From assembly GCF_000377505.1 (NCBI RefSeq), contig NZ_KB898200.1, positions 21,665 to 45,664 on the forward strand: a stretch of 24,000 bases of DNA. Direction: 5' to 3'. Source of the stretch: Paenibacillus massiliensis 2301065 = DSM 16942 (GTDB taxonomy: Bacteria > Bacillota > Bacilli > Paenibacillales > Paenibacillaceae). The first letter of the stretch is position 1, and every line of letters begins with the position of its first letter. The position numbers and the translations under genes are program-made. Shown here one piece after another: positions 16,938 through 24,000 of the stretch. The notes under the pieces were generated by a model. It was not told the DNA's origin and did not search any database. It saw nothing but the letters and a program-made list of their open reading frames with translations.

Positions 16938-18054
16938 ATGATAGATCCAAGTGTTAAGCATGATCTGCGTGAAATTGGCAAGAAATTAAATAATCTTAGG
17001 GGGTCTCTTTGACTTAGATCTCAAACAGGAAATGATTGCGAACTTTGAAGAAAAGATGGCCGCTCCGGATTTCTGGGACGACAATGAAAAGGCACAGTCT
17101 GTCATTGCCGAGATGAATGCAGTAAAATCCGCTGTGGATGAGTATAACAAGCTGTATCAGGAATATGAGGATGCTTCCATGATGGCCGAGCTGGCGGATG
17201 AAGAGAGCGATGAGGAGCTTGCAGGAGAGACAGCCGAGCAGGTGACTGCACTTGTTGGTAAGCTGGAGGCCTTTGAACTGCAGCTGCTGCTGAACCAGCC
17301 TTATGATCGGTTGAACGCCATTCTTGAGCTTCACCCCGGTGCGGGGGGCACGGAGTCTCAGGATTGGGGACAGATGCTACTGAGAATGTACACGCGTTGG
17401 GCTGACAAGCGAGGGTTCAAGGTAGAGACGCTGGATTACCTGCCTGGTGATGAAGCGGGAATCAAGAGCGTGACGCTGTTGATAAAAGGCTTTAATGCCT
17501 ACGGTTATCTGAAGGCGGAGAAAGGGGTCCATCGTCTTGTGCGGATATCCCCGTTCGACTCCTCTGGACGTCGTCATACCTCCTTTGTATCCTGTGATGT
17601 GGTACCGGAAATTGCGGATGATGTGGAGATCGAGGTACGGACTGAGGATCTCAAGATTGACACCTATCGTGCAAGTGGTGCGGGCGGTCAGCATATTAAC
17701 ACCACGGATTCTGCGGTACGAATCACGCATATCCCTACAGGCATTGTCGTGACCTGTCAGAATGAGCGCTCCCAGATCAAGAACCGGGAACAAGCGATGA
17801 CAATGCTGCGCTCCAAGCTATACGAACGCAAGATTGAAGAGCAGAAGAAGGAGCTCGACGAGATCCGGGGGGAACAATCCGATATCGCTTGGGGCAGTCA
17901 GATTCGCTCGTATGTATTCCATCCGTATAGCATGGTGAAGGATCATCGTACAAGTGTGGAATCCGGTAACGTCGGAGCGGTAATGGATGGAGAGCTAGAT
18001 CCCTTCATTGATGGCTATCTGCGTAGCCAGATCAAATCCGAAACTGAATCCTGA
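16938..18054 (+). CDS. prfB: peptide chain release factor 2, translated via a programmed +1 frameshift at 17010
   Basis: Frame-0 ORF (ATG 16938, 8 nt after AAGGAG; alternative ATG 16932): [24 protein letters not shown], then TGA at 17010-17012. The +1 frame continues with [16 protein letters not shown]... and runs into the track ORF 17032..18054. That ORF carries [15 protein letters not shown], the SPF motif ([15 protein letters not shown]) and GGQ ([21 protein letters not shown]). Confidence 0.95.
16998..17013 (+). promoter_or_regulatory. prfB autoregulatory recoding site (internal SD-like AGGGGG plus CTT TGA C slippery/stop context)
   Basis: The sequence AGG GGG TCT CTT TGA C matches the conserved bacterial RF2 frameshift cassette (E. 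coli AGG GGG TAT CTT TGA C). Confidence 0.9.
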
Positions 18055-18056
18055 TA

Positions 18057-18113
18057 AAATTCCTGCAGAGCGCCTCCTGAGTTGGTGAGAGGGTACTCTG
18101 TAGGAATTTTTTT
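18057..18113 (+). terminator. intrinsic terminator of prfB
   Basis: AAATTCCTGCAGAG (18057-18070) pairs with CTCTGTAGGAATTT (18096-18109) over 14 bp with one G-U pair. It is followed by T7. Confidence 0.8.
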
Positions 18114-18172
18114 GTGCTTTACTGTACATACCTAAATGATTCAAGATTTCAACTTGGAAAAGGAGAACCAAC

Positions 18173-19096
18173 ATGGCACCTTCAAATAGCTCTTCCTCAG
18201 CCCGGACTACGTCATCTACACGAAGAAGGCGATTGTCCGATGTGATTCCCGCGAATGGTCCCTGGCGCACTCTGCTGGATGTCATCCTGATTGTGACAGG
18301 CTCTCTGATTACGGCCCTGTCTTTTAATATGTTCCTGCTCCCTAGTCGGATCGCCTCTGGCGGTGTATCTGGTCTGTCTATTCTCGTGCAAGAGCTGCTG
18401 AGCATTGAACCAGCCTATACCCAATGGGCCCTGAACATCCCCTTGTTTATTGCGGGGGTTGCACTGCTCGGCAAGCAGTACGGGGTTCGTTCCTTACTTG
18501 GCAGCATTCTGTTGCCGCTCTTCGTGTACCTGACGAAGGATCTGCCTGTGCCTACGACGAACATTCTACTGTCCTCCCTCTATGGAGGCATCGGTGTCGG
18601 TCTGGGACTGGGTATTGTATTCCGCGGACGTGGCTCCACTGGCGGACTGACGATCCTCGCCCAGATCATTCAGAAGTATACGGGCTTCAGCTTTTCTTTG
18701 TCTGTCGTACTGCTGGACGGTACGGTCATTCTGCTGGCTGGCATACTGCTGACTCCAGAGAATGCGCTCTACGCGCTCATTGGGTTATATGTCACCGGCA
18801 AAGTAATTGATGCTGTCGAGATGGGGCTAAGCTATTCGAAGGTGGCGTACATTATATCGACGGAGAAGGAACGAATGGCGGAAGTTATTCTAAATGATCT
18901 GGATCGTGGCCTGACAGAGCTGGCTGGACGCGGTGGATTCACACAGGAGGAGCGACCGGTATTAATGGTTGTAGTCGGTCAGAATGAAATTACCAAGCTG
19001 AAGATGCTCGTTCGCATGGTGGACCCGGACGCTTTTGTCATTATTGGCGATACGCATGAGGTGCTGGGTAAGGGCTTTAAGCGTGAGTCAGCCTGA
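18173..19096 (+). CDS. YitT-family (UPF0750, YvjA-like) membrane protein with C-terminal DUF2179 domain
   Basis: Several hydrophobic spans are present, including the family motif IASGGVSGLSILV and GRGSTGGLTILAQI. The soluble C-terminal domain reads ERPVLMVVVGQNEITKLKMLVRMVDPDAFVIIGDTHEVLGKGF. AGGAG lies 7 nt upstream of the ATG. As I recall, B. subtilis has yvjA next to prfB. Confidence 0.85.
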   Translation: MAPSNSSSSARTTSSTRRRRLSDVIPANGPWRTLLDVILIVTGSLITALSFNMFLLPSRIASGGVSGLSILVQELLSIEPAYTQWALNIPLFIAGVALLGKQYGVRSLLGSILLPLFVYLTKDLPVPTTNILLSSLYGGIGVGLGLGIVFRGRGSTGGLTILAQIIQKYTGFSFSLSVVLLDGTVILLAGILLTPENALYALIGLYVTGKVIDAVEMGLSYSKVAYIISTEKERMAEVILNDLDRGLTELAGRGGFTQEERPVLMVVVGQNEITKLKMLVRMVDPDAFVIIGDTHEVLGKGFKRESA

Positions 19097-19406
19097 GCAA
19101 TAGATTGCTGCACAGGACACTAGATATTGTGTGGATCTACAGTGTAGAGCTGATAACCAGTTGCTATATACTCCCTTGGTCAAGGTTCGATTCTTATTAT
19201 ATATTTCATGGCTCCAATCGTGACTCGACACCATGTCCAACGCCAGTCTGAACGCAGTTATTGGATAGGTACAGGGAGAGAGTAGATACATGGCCCCATT
19301 CGTGCTTACGAAGCAAGGACTATGCGTCTAGTTCTAAATGCATTGTTTTGAAGAGCGAACTTCTCAGACCTTAGTAGCGTTTTGGGATTTTTCCAAAATA
19401 TTTCTC

Positions 19407-19432
19407 TAAAACGTCTAAAATGTAGCCGATAC
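19407..19432 (+). promoter_or_regulatory. candidate sigma-D (flagellar) promoter upstream of the HD-GYP gene
   Basis: cTAAA (19407-19410), a 14-nt spacer, and GCCGATAC (19425-19432), compared with the consensus TAAA-N15-GCCGATAT. That is 7 of 8 in the -10 box with the spacer one nt short. Confidence 0.5.
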
Positions 19433-19545
19433 TAAGAGTACTTGGTGCAGACAAGCTAAATATGGAGTTGGGTCATCATGACGGCTTGGCTCTATATTCC
19501 ATATATGCAGCTGCTGGCATTTACTTTTCGGAGGAGGCAATTCGA

Positions 19546-20634
19546 ATGAGAGTTCACGTGATGGACCTTCAACAAGGTGACCTATTAAAGGAAGATACAT
19601 TTAACAAGTATGGTGTCCACTTATTGAAGGGTGGCGCTCAAATTAACAACGAGGCATTATCCTTGCTGCTTCAGCATGGAATTGATTATGTAGAGGTTGA
19701 GGATCGCGACCTTCAGACAGCACAGACACAGGCCATGACCGCCGAGCCTTCCATAGATGTATCAGCCGAGGATTTATACGATGCATCAGCAGAGAAGCTG
19801 AAGAAGAATATTGATAGCACGGTAGCAAGCTACCAGTCCTTGTTCCTTGATGTAATCACGAAGGGAAAGATATCAAACGATCGTATTGATAACAGCTTAT
19901 CAGAATTGCTGGATAGTCTTGAGGAGCAGAAGGATGTAGTATCCCTTCTCTTGATGCTAGAGCGTGAACATACCAATACATATGCGCACTCTCTGAAGGT
20001 AGGGGTGTTGTCCTACTACATAGCGAAATGGCTAGGCTACTCCGAGGACGAGATCTACAAGATCACCAAGGCAGGGTACCTTCATGATATCGGCATCAGC
20101 CGGATCTCACCATCGCTACGCAATCTGTCATTGGACCTGACTGAAGCGGAGCAGGATGCTTTTAAGCGCCATACGGCTTATGGCTATGAGATTATTATTA
20201 ACTCCATTCAGGATGAGGTCTCTGCGCTAGTTGCCTTTCAGCATCATGAACGTGGCGACGGCAGTGGCTATCCGAAGGCGCTTACCAAGGATGAGATTCA
20301 TCCCTATGCCCAGATTGTAGCCGTAGCGGACGTATTCGTTGAAATGGGACTGACGGGCCCCGGTCAGATCAAGGAGGGCTTCCTGACTGTGCTGCGCAAG
20401 GTACATGAGATGAGCTTCGGAAGATTGAGCGAGAGGCCTGTGCAAATTATGATGCAGCATCTGCTGCCACAGCTTGTTGGCAAGCAGGTCAGTCTGAGCA
20501 ATGGTGAGACCGCCGTTATTGTATTGAATAACCCGTTGGATTTCTTCCGACCTCTCGTGAAGGTTGGAGAGCAATTCCGTGATTTGTCCAAGGAGCAGCA
20601 GATTTCAATGGTTGACATCGTTGAAGCTGTCTAA
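19546..20634 (+). CDS. HD-GYP domain protein (putative c-di-GMP phosphodiesterase or signalling protein)
   Basis: It has the HD motif (HSLKVGVLSYYIAKWLG..AGYLHDIGISRI) and the HHERGDGSGYPKAL GYP motif. I preferred the ATG at 19546, 8 nt after GGAGGAGG; the track start at 19462 has no RBS. The N-terminal ~150 aa carry no recognisable motif. Confidence 0.85.
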   Translation: MRVHVMDLQQGDLLKEDTFNKYGVHLLKGGAQINNEALSLLLQHGIDYVEVEDRDLQTAQTQAMTAEPSIDVSAEDLYDASAEKLKKNIDSTVASYQSLFLDVITKGKISNDRIDNSLSELLDSLEEQKDVVSLLLMLEREHTNTYAHSLKVGVLSYYIAKWLGYSEDEIYKITKAGYLHDIGISRISPSLRNLSLDLTEAEQDAFKRHTAYGYEIIINSIQDEVSALVAFQHHERGDGSGYPKALTKDEIHPYAQIVAVADVFVEMGLTGPGQIKEGFLTVLRKVHEMSFGRLSERPVQIMMQHLLPQLVGKQVSLSNGETAVIVLNNPLDFFRPLVKVGEQFRDLSKEQQISMVDIVEAV

Positions 20635-20667
20635 CTTACCGTAACCGGTGCACTTTCTATGGATGAT

Positions 20668-20717
20668 AATCCCTTTGCTATATTCCCCTACAGGCGGGAG
20701 GCGAAGGGATTTTTTTC
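20668..20717 (+). terminator. intrinsic terminator of the HD-GYP gene
   Basis: AATCCCTTTGC (20668-20678) pairs with GCGAAGGGATT (20701-20711) with one G-U pair and a 22-nt loop, followed by T7. Confidence 0.75.
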
Positions 20718-20741
20718 GTACATAAACTTAACATGCAGTGG

Positions 20742-20770
20742 TTGTATTTATATGAGTAGAGTCGTATAAT
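20742..20770 (+). promoter_or_regulatory. sigma-A promoter of the arg operon
   Basis: TTGTAT (20742-20747), a 17-nt spacer, and TATAAT (20765-20770), 38 nt upstream of the argC ATG. Confidence 0.65.
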
Positions 20771-20807
20771 AATACACAACTCGATAGCTTCGGATGGGAG
20801 GAGCAGC

Positions 20808-21857
20808 ATGGTTAACAAGGTAAAAGTGGCAATTGTCGGTTCCACCGGCTACGGCGGGGTGGAACTGATTCGTTTTTTACAGCATCATCCACAGGTAGAG
20901 ATCGTATCGGTTATTTCCTCTTCCAGCAGTGGTAAGCCGATCAGTGAGGGGTTTCCTCATTTAACGAATATTGTGACACAGAATCTGGATGGAGTGCATC
21001 CAGCAGAGATTGCAGCTAAGGCAGACCTCGTATTCACGGCTACTCCTTCCGGTATTAGTACAGAGCTGGTGCCTCAGCTACTGGAGGTCGGACTGAAGGT
21101 TATTGACCTGTCAGGAGACTTCAGGCTCAAGGAAGGCGCTACCTATGAAGAGTGGTATAAGAAGCCTGCAGCACCGGAAGCCTACTTGGAGGAGGCCGTG
21201 TATGGCCTGTCCGAGGTGTATGGCGACCAGGTGGTTGATGTTCGATTCATCTCGAACCCTGGCTGCTACCCGACTGCTACGCTGCTTGGCTTGATTCCGG
21301 CGGTAGAAGCGGGCTGGATTGATCACCGCAGTATTATCATTGATGCGAAGTCTGGTGTATCTGGGGCAGGACGCGGAACAAGCCTGATGACTCATTATGC
21401 GGAGATCAATGAGAATTTCAAAGCCTACAAAATCAACAAGCATCAGCATATTCCCGAGATCGAGCAGGTACTGGGCAATGTCGCGGGAGAGCGAGTAACC
21501 GTAACCTTTACAACACATTTGGCACCGATGACACGCGGTATCATGTCAACGATGTATGCCACGTTGAAGGGTGCTCACTCAGAAGCAGAGCTGATTGAGC
21601 TCTATCGCAACTACTATAAAGATCGTCCATTCGTGCGTGTGCGCGATGAAGGCATCTGGCCTTCTACGAAGGAAGTATCCGGCTCGAATTACTGCGATAT
21701 CGGCTTTGCGGTGGATTCCCGTACGAATCGTCTGACGGTTATTGCAGTCATTGATAATGTCGTCAAGGGAGCGGCTGGGCAGGCTATACAAAACATGAAT
21801 CTGATGATGGGATGGAAGGAGAGTCTCGGACTGGAAATGACACCAGTGTACCCGTAA
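20808..21857 (+). CDS. argC: N-acetyl-gamma-glutamyl-phosphate reductase
   Basis: VAIVGSTGYGGVELIRFL, the catalytic-Cys motif ISNPGCYPTA, and VIDNVVKGAAGQAIQNMNLM. A GGGAGGAG RBS is present. Confidence 0.97.
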   Translation: MVNKVKVAIVGSTGYGGVELIRFLQHHPQVEIVSVISSSSSGKPISEGFPHLTNIVTQNLDGVHPAEIAAKADLVFTATPSGISTELVPQLLEVGLKVIDLSGDFRLKEGATYEEWYKKPAAPEAYLEEAVYGLSEVYGDQVVDVRFISNPGCYPTATLLGLIPAVEAGWIDHRSIIIDAKSGVSGAGRGTSLMTHYAEINENFKAYKINKHQHIPEIEQVLGNVAGERVTVTFTTHLAPMTRGIMSTMYATLKGAHSEAELIELYRNYYKDRPFVRVRDEGIWPSTKEVSGSNYCDIGFAVDSRTNRLTVIAVIDNVVKGAAGQAIQNMNLMMGWKESLGLEMTPVYP

Positions 21858-21877
21858 ATGGGCCGGGGCATACACAT

Positions 21878-23110
21878 ATGAGCATGAGTGCACATGGTTT
21901 TGAGATTGTGGAGGGCGGCACGGTTGTGACGCCGAAGGGATTTACGGCTGGTGGCATGCATTGTGGCTTGAAGAAGACGGATCGTAATGATATTGGAGCG
22001 ATTCGTTGTGAGGTGCCAGCTACAGCTGCAGCTGTGTACACGACGAATATTTTCCAAGCAGCACCACTGCAGGTAACCCGAGAAAGCCTGGCTAACGGTA
22101 GACTTCAAGCGATTATCGTAAATAGTGGAAATGCGAACGCCTGCACAGGACAGCAGGGAGAAGAGGACGCTTATGCCATGCGTGCTGCAGCAGCCAGGGA
22201 ACTGGGTGTGGCTGAACAGGATGTTGCAGTAGCCTCTACTGGCGTCATTGGTGAAGTCTTGAACATGGATGCTGTGCATCATGGCATTGCAGGACTTCCT
22301 GCGCTGATGTCTGCGGATCAAGAAAGCGCAGAGGCTTTCTCTCAAGCCATTCTGACGACAGATCTGGTCAAAAAGGAAGTATGTGTAGCCGTTCAGGTGG
22401 GCGGACAAACGGTGCATATTGCAGGAGCAGCCAAAGGCTCAGGCATGATTCATCCGAACATGGCCACGATGCTGGCGTTCATGACCTGTGATGCGACGAT
22501 CCAACAGGAAGCGCTACATGGCTTGCTGAAGCAGGCCACTGATCAGACCTTCAACATGATTACTGTGGATGGGGACACAAGCACGAATGATATGCTGGTG
22601 GCGATGGCTAGCGGCCTGGTTGCCCATGAGGAGCTTAGCGAGCAGCACCCGGACTGGAAGAACTTTGCCGATGCTTTTACTTATGTGTGCCAAGTACTGG
22701 CGCAGGCGATTGCCCGTGACGGCGAAGGCGCGACGAAGCTGGTTGAAGTATCGGTGACGGGTGCAGTGAGTGAACAATCTGCACGAGCCATTGCCAAGAC
22801 TGTCATCGGCTCCAGCCTCGTGAAGTCTGCTGTATTCGGCGCAGATGCCAACTGGGGACGAATTATTGCAGCTGTTGGACGCGCGGGTGAGCCTGTCAAC
22901 CCTCATACGGTAGACATTCGGCTCGGTGACATCGTCGTGCTGAAGGGCTCACGGCCGATTTCTTTTGATGAAGAGGAAGCATTGGCTTACCTCCGTGGCG
23001 ACACCGTGCGGATCGTAGTGGATCTGCATCAGGGTGAAGGACATGCGACGGCTTGGGGCTGTGATCTGACGTACGATTATGTAAGGATTAATGCAGCTTA
23101 CCGGACCTAG
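21878..23110 (+). CDS. argJ: bifunctional glutamate N-acetyltransferase / amino-acid acetyltransferase (ornithine acetyltransferase)
   Basis: VTPKGFTAGGMHCGLKK, VNSGNANACTG, the self-cleavage region KGSGMIHPNMATMLAFMTCDA, and WGCDLTYDYVRINAAYRT. The track ORF (21812) overlaps argC. The first ATG after the argC stop is 21878; 21884 is also possible. Confidence 0.93.
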   Translation: MSMSAHGFEIVEGGTVVTPKGFTAGGMHCGLKKTDRNDIGAIRCEVPATAAAVYTTNIFQAAPLQVTRESLANGRLQAIIVNSGNANACTGQQGEEDAYAMRAAAARELGVAEQDVAVASTGVIGEVLNMDAVHHGIAGLPALMSADQESAEAFSQAILTTDLVKKEVCVAVQVGGQTVHIAGAAKGSGMIHPNMATMLAFMTCDATIQQEALHGLLKQATDQTFNMITVDGDTSTNDMLVAMASGLVAHEELSEQHPDWKNFADAFTYVCQVLAQAIARDGEGATKLVEVSVTGAVSEQSARAIAKTVIGSSLVKSAVFGADANWGRIIAAVGRAGEPVNPHTVDIRLGDIVVLKGSRPISFDEEEALAYLRGDTVRIVVDLHQGEGHATAWGCDLTYDYVRINAAYRT

Positions 23111-23223
23111 CTCTAAGTGTGCTAAGTGATGATAAGGCAGACTCGCTGGGATCGGTACAATGAGTAGTACCTCGACGTATCTGATTTCAGCTTGAATAGT
23201 CTGGAGAGCGTAGTTGTTAGCGG

Positions 23224-23340
23224 AAAGCAGGGAAGCCCTAGAGAAACGAAGTGCCCGCCTTTAAGCTTGCTGTTCATCTGCTACTCTAATTAGATTAAAG
23301 AACAACAAGCTTAACAGCGGTCGACAGGGCTCCCTGCTTG
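23224..23340. repeat. ~115-nt imperfect palindrome (rod-like hairpin; MITE-like or REP-like element) in the argJ-argB spacer
   Basis: The outer arms, AAGCAGGGAAGCCCT (23225-23239) and AGGGCTCCCTGCTT (23326-23339), pair over 14 bp with one bulge. The inner arms, TTAAGCTTGCTGTTC (23261-23275) and GAACAACAAGCTTAA (23300-23314), pair at 14 of 15 positions. CCGC pairs with GCGG between them. TAGCGG occurs on both flanks (23218-23223 and 23341-23346). Confidence 0.7.
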
Positions 23341-23424
23341 TAGCGGCTCTATACTCACATATGATCTGATCAAGGTACAGAGGGACGGATAAGGATTGTG
23401 CAATATAAGTAGAGGGAGGCTGTT

Positions 23425-24000
23425 ATGGAGCAGCAGTTTGTAATGAAATGCGGAGGCAGCACCCTGGCAGCACTGCCAGATTCCTTTTTTGACGATCTGG
23501 TATCCTTGCAGCAGCAGGGGGTTCAGCCTGTGATCGTGCATGGTGGTGGACCGGCTATCTCTGAGAACCTCGCCAAGCTCGGCATTCCTACCGAATTCGT
23601 GCAGGGACTTCGCAAAACGACTGAGGATGTGCTGGATGTCGTGGAGATGGTGCTGGCAGGCAGTATTAATAAGCAGATTGTACGCAGGATTTTGACCCAT
23701 GGGGGTCAATCGCTGGGCTTGTCCGGCTCTGATGGATTGCTGATTCAGGCCAAGCCCGTTCATAATCATGCAGAGGTCGGTTGGGTCGGTGATGTGACCG
23801 ATGTCAAAGTAGAGATTATAAGCGGTGTGCTCGGCATGGGCTATATGCCGGTGATTGCTCCGGTAGGAATCGATGCCCAGGGACAGCGTTACAATATTAA
23901 TGCAGATACGGCTGCGGGCGCAGTAGCCTCCCATCTTGGGGTAACCCGTATGATCGTGGTTACGGATGTGCCGGGTATTTTGAAGAATGTGGACGGAGAC
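23425..24000 (+). CDS. argB: acetylglutamate kinase (5' part; continues beyond the window)
   Basis: This is not in the ORF track because there is no stop before the window end. Translating from the ATG at 23425 (GGGAGG RBS upstream) gives MEQQFVMKCGGSTLAALPDSFF..QPVIVHGGGPAISENLAKLGIPTEFVQGLRKTTEDVLDVVEMVLAG..YNINADTAAGAVASHLGVTRMIVVTDVPGIL. This carries the classical AAK-family argB motifs. Confidence 0.93.
   Translation, partial: MEQQFVMKCGGSTLAALPDSFFDDLVSLQQQGVQPVIVHGGGPAISENLAKLGIPTEFVQGLRKTTEDVLDVVEMVLAGSINKQIVRRILTHGGQSLGLSGSDGLLIQAKPVHNHAEVGWVGDVTDVKVEIISGVLGMGYMPVIAPVGIDAQGQRYNINADTAAGAVASHLGVTRMIVVTDVPGILKNVDGD

Noticed and set aside
18212-18810. ORFs 18424..18810 (+), 18212..18424 (-) and 17995..18405 (-) within the YitT-family gene
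   Set aside because: These are alternative-frame or antisense ORFs. The annotated frame gives coherent transmembrane segments and the DUF2179 tail.
19088-19600. Minus-strand ORFs 19088..19291 (67 aa) and 19415..19600 (61 aa) in the yitT-like/HD-GYP spacer
   Set aside because: They have no RBS and no motifs. The second overlaps the sigma-D-like promoter and the RBS of the HD-GYP gene.
20741-20780. Possible ArgR/AhrC ARG boxes overlapping the argC promoter (TTGTATTTATATGAG and, on the other strand, TGTGTATTATTATA)
   Set aside because: Only the left half-sites (TGTAT + W4) resemble the TNTGAATWWWWATTCANW consensus, and the right halves fail. The match is too weak to call without a genome-specific matrix.
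21579-22417. Minus-strand ORFs 21689..22417 (242 aa), 21579..21893, 21784..22041 and 22514..22906
   Set aside because: They are antisense shadows of argC and argJ, whose plus-strand products carry full family signatures.
23311-23934. Minus-strand 207-aa ORF
   Set aside because: It is antisense to argB. argB is missing from the track only because it has no stop inside the window, and the plus-strand translation is a textbook acetylglutamate kinase.

Overview
This window looks like a Firmicutes chromosome (Bacillales-like, plausibly Paenibacillaceae). All convincing genes are on the + strand. Nt 1 to about 9,960 is a strikingly AT-rich operon; 60-nt spot counts give about 30% G+C there versus about 50% further right. 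It holds a 5'-truncated gene of unknown function followed by eight nucleotide-sugar and glycosyltransferase genes: an RfbF-type cytidylyltransferase, a UXS-like SDR, an FkbM methyltransferase, two nucleotide-sugar dehydrogenases, one GT4 and two GT2. It contains no flippase, polymerase, priming transferase or any membrane protein, and it ends at a clean terminator. A separately promoted pair follows, preceded by a sigma-D-like -10 box: a FliB-type flagellin lysine-N-methylase homologue translationally coupled to a small protein-type GT2. Housekeeping genes then appear in the order I recall from the B. subtilis flagellar late region: csp, hpf (yvyD), secA, prfB, a YitT/YvjA-family membrane protein, an HD-GYP protein with a sigma-D-like promoter, and argC-argJ-argB. 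The ORF track misses the programmed +1 frameshift in prfB, and argB runs off the window. My main hypothesis is a horizontally acquired flagellin-modification island (glycosylation plus lysine methylation), with a G9 tract as a possible phase-variation switch. Two other oddities are a 0.8 kb non-coding hpf-secA spacer and a roughly 115-nt rod-like palindromic (MITE-like) insert between argJ and argB. I recognised no tRNA, rRNA, CRISPR array, transposase or integrase.
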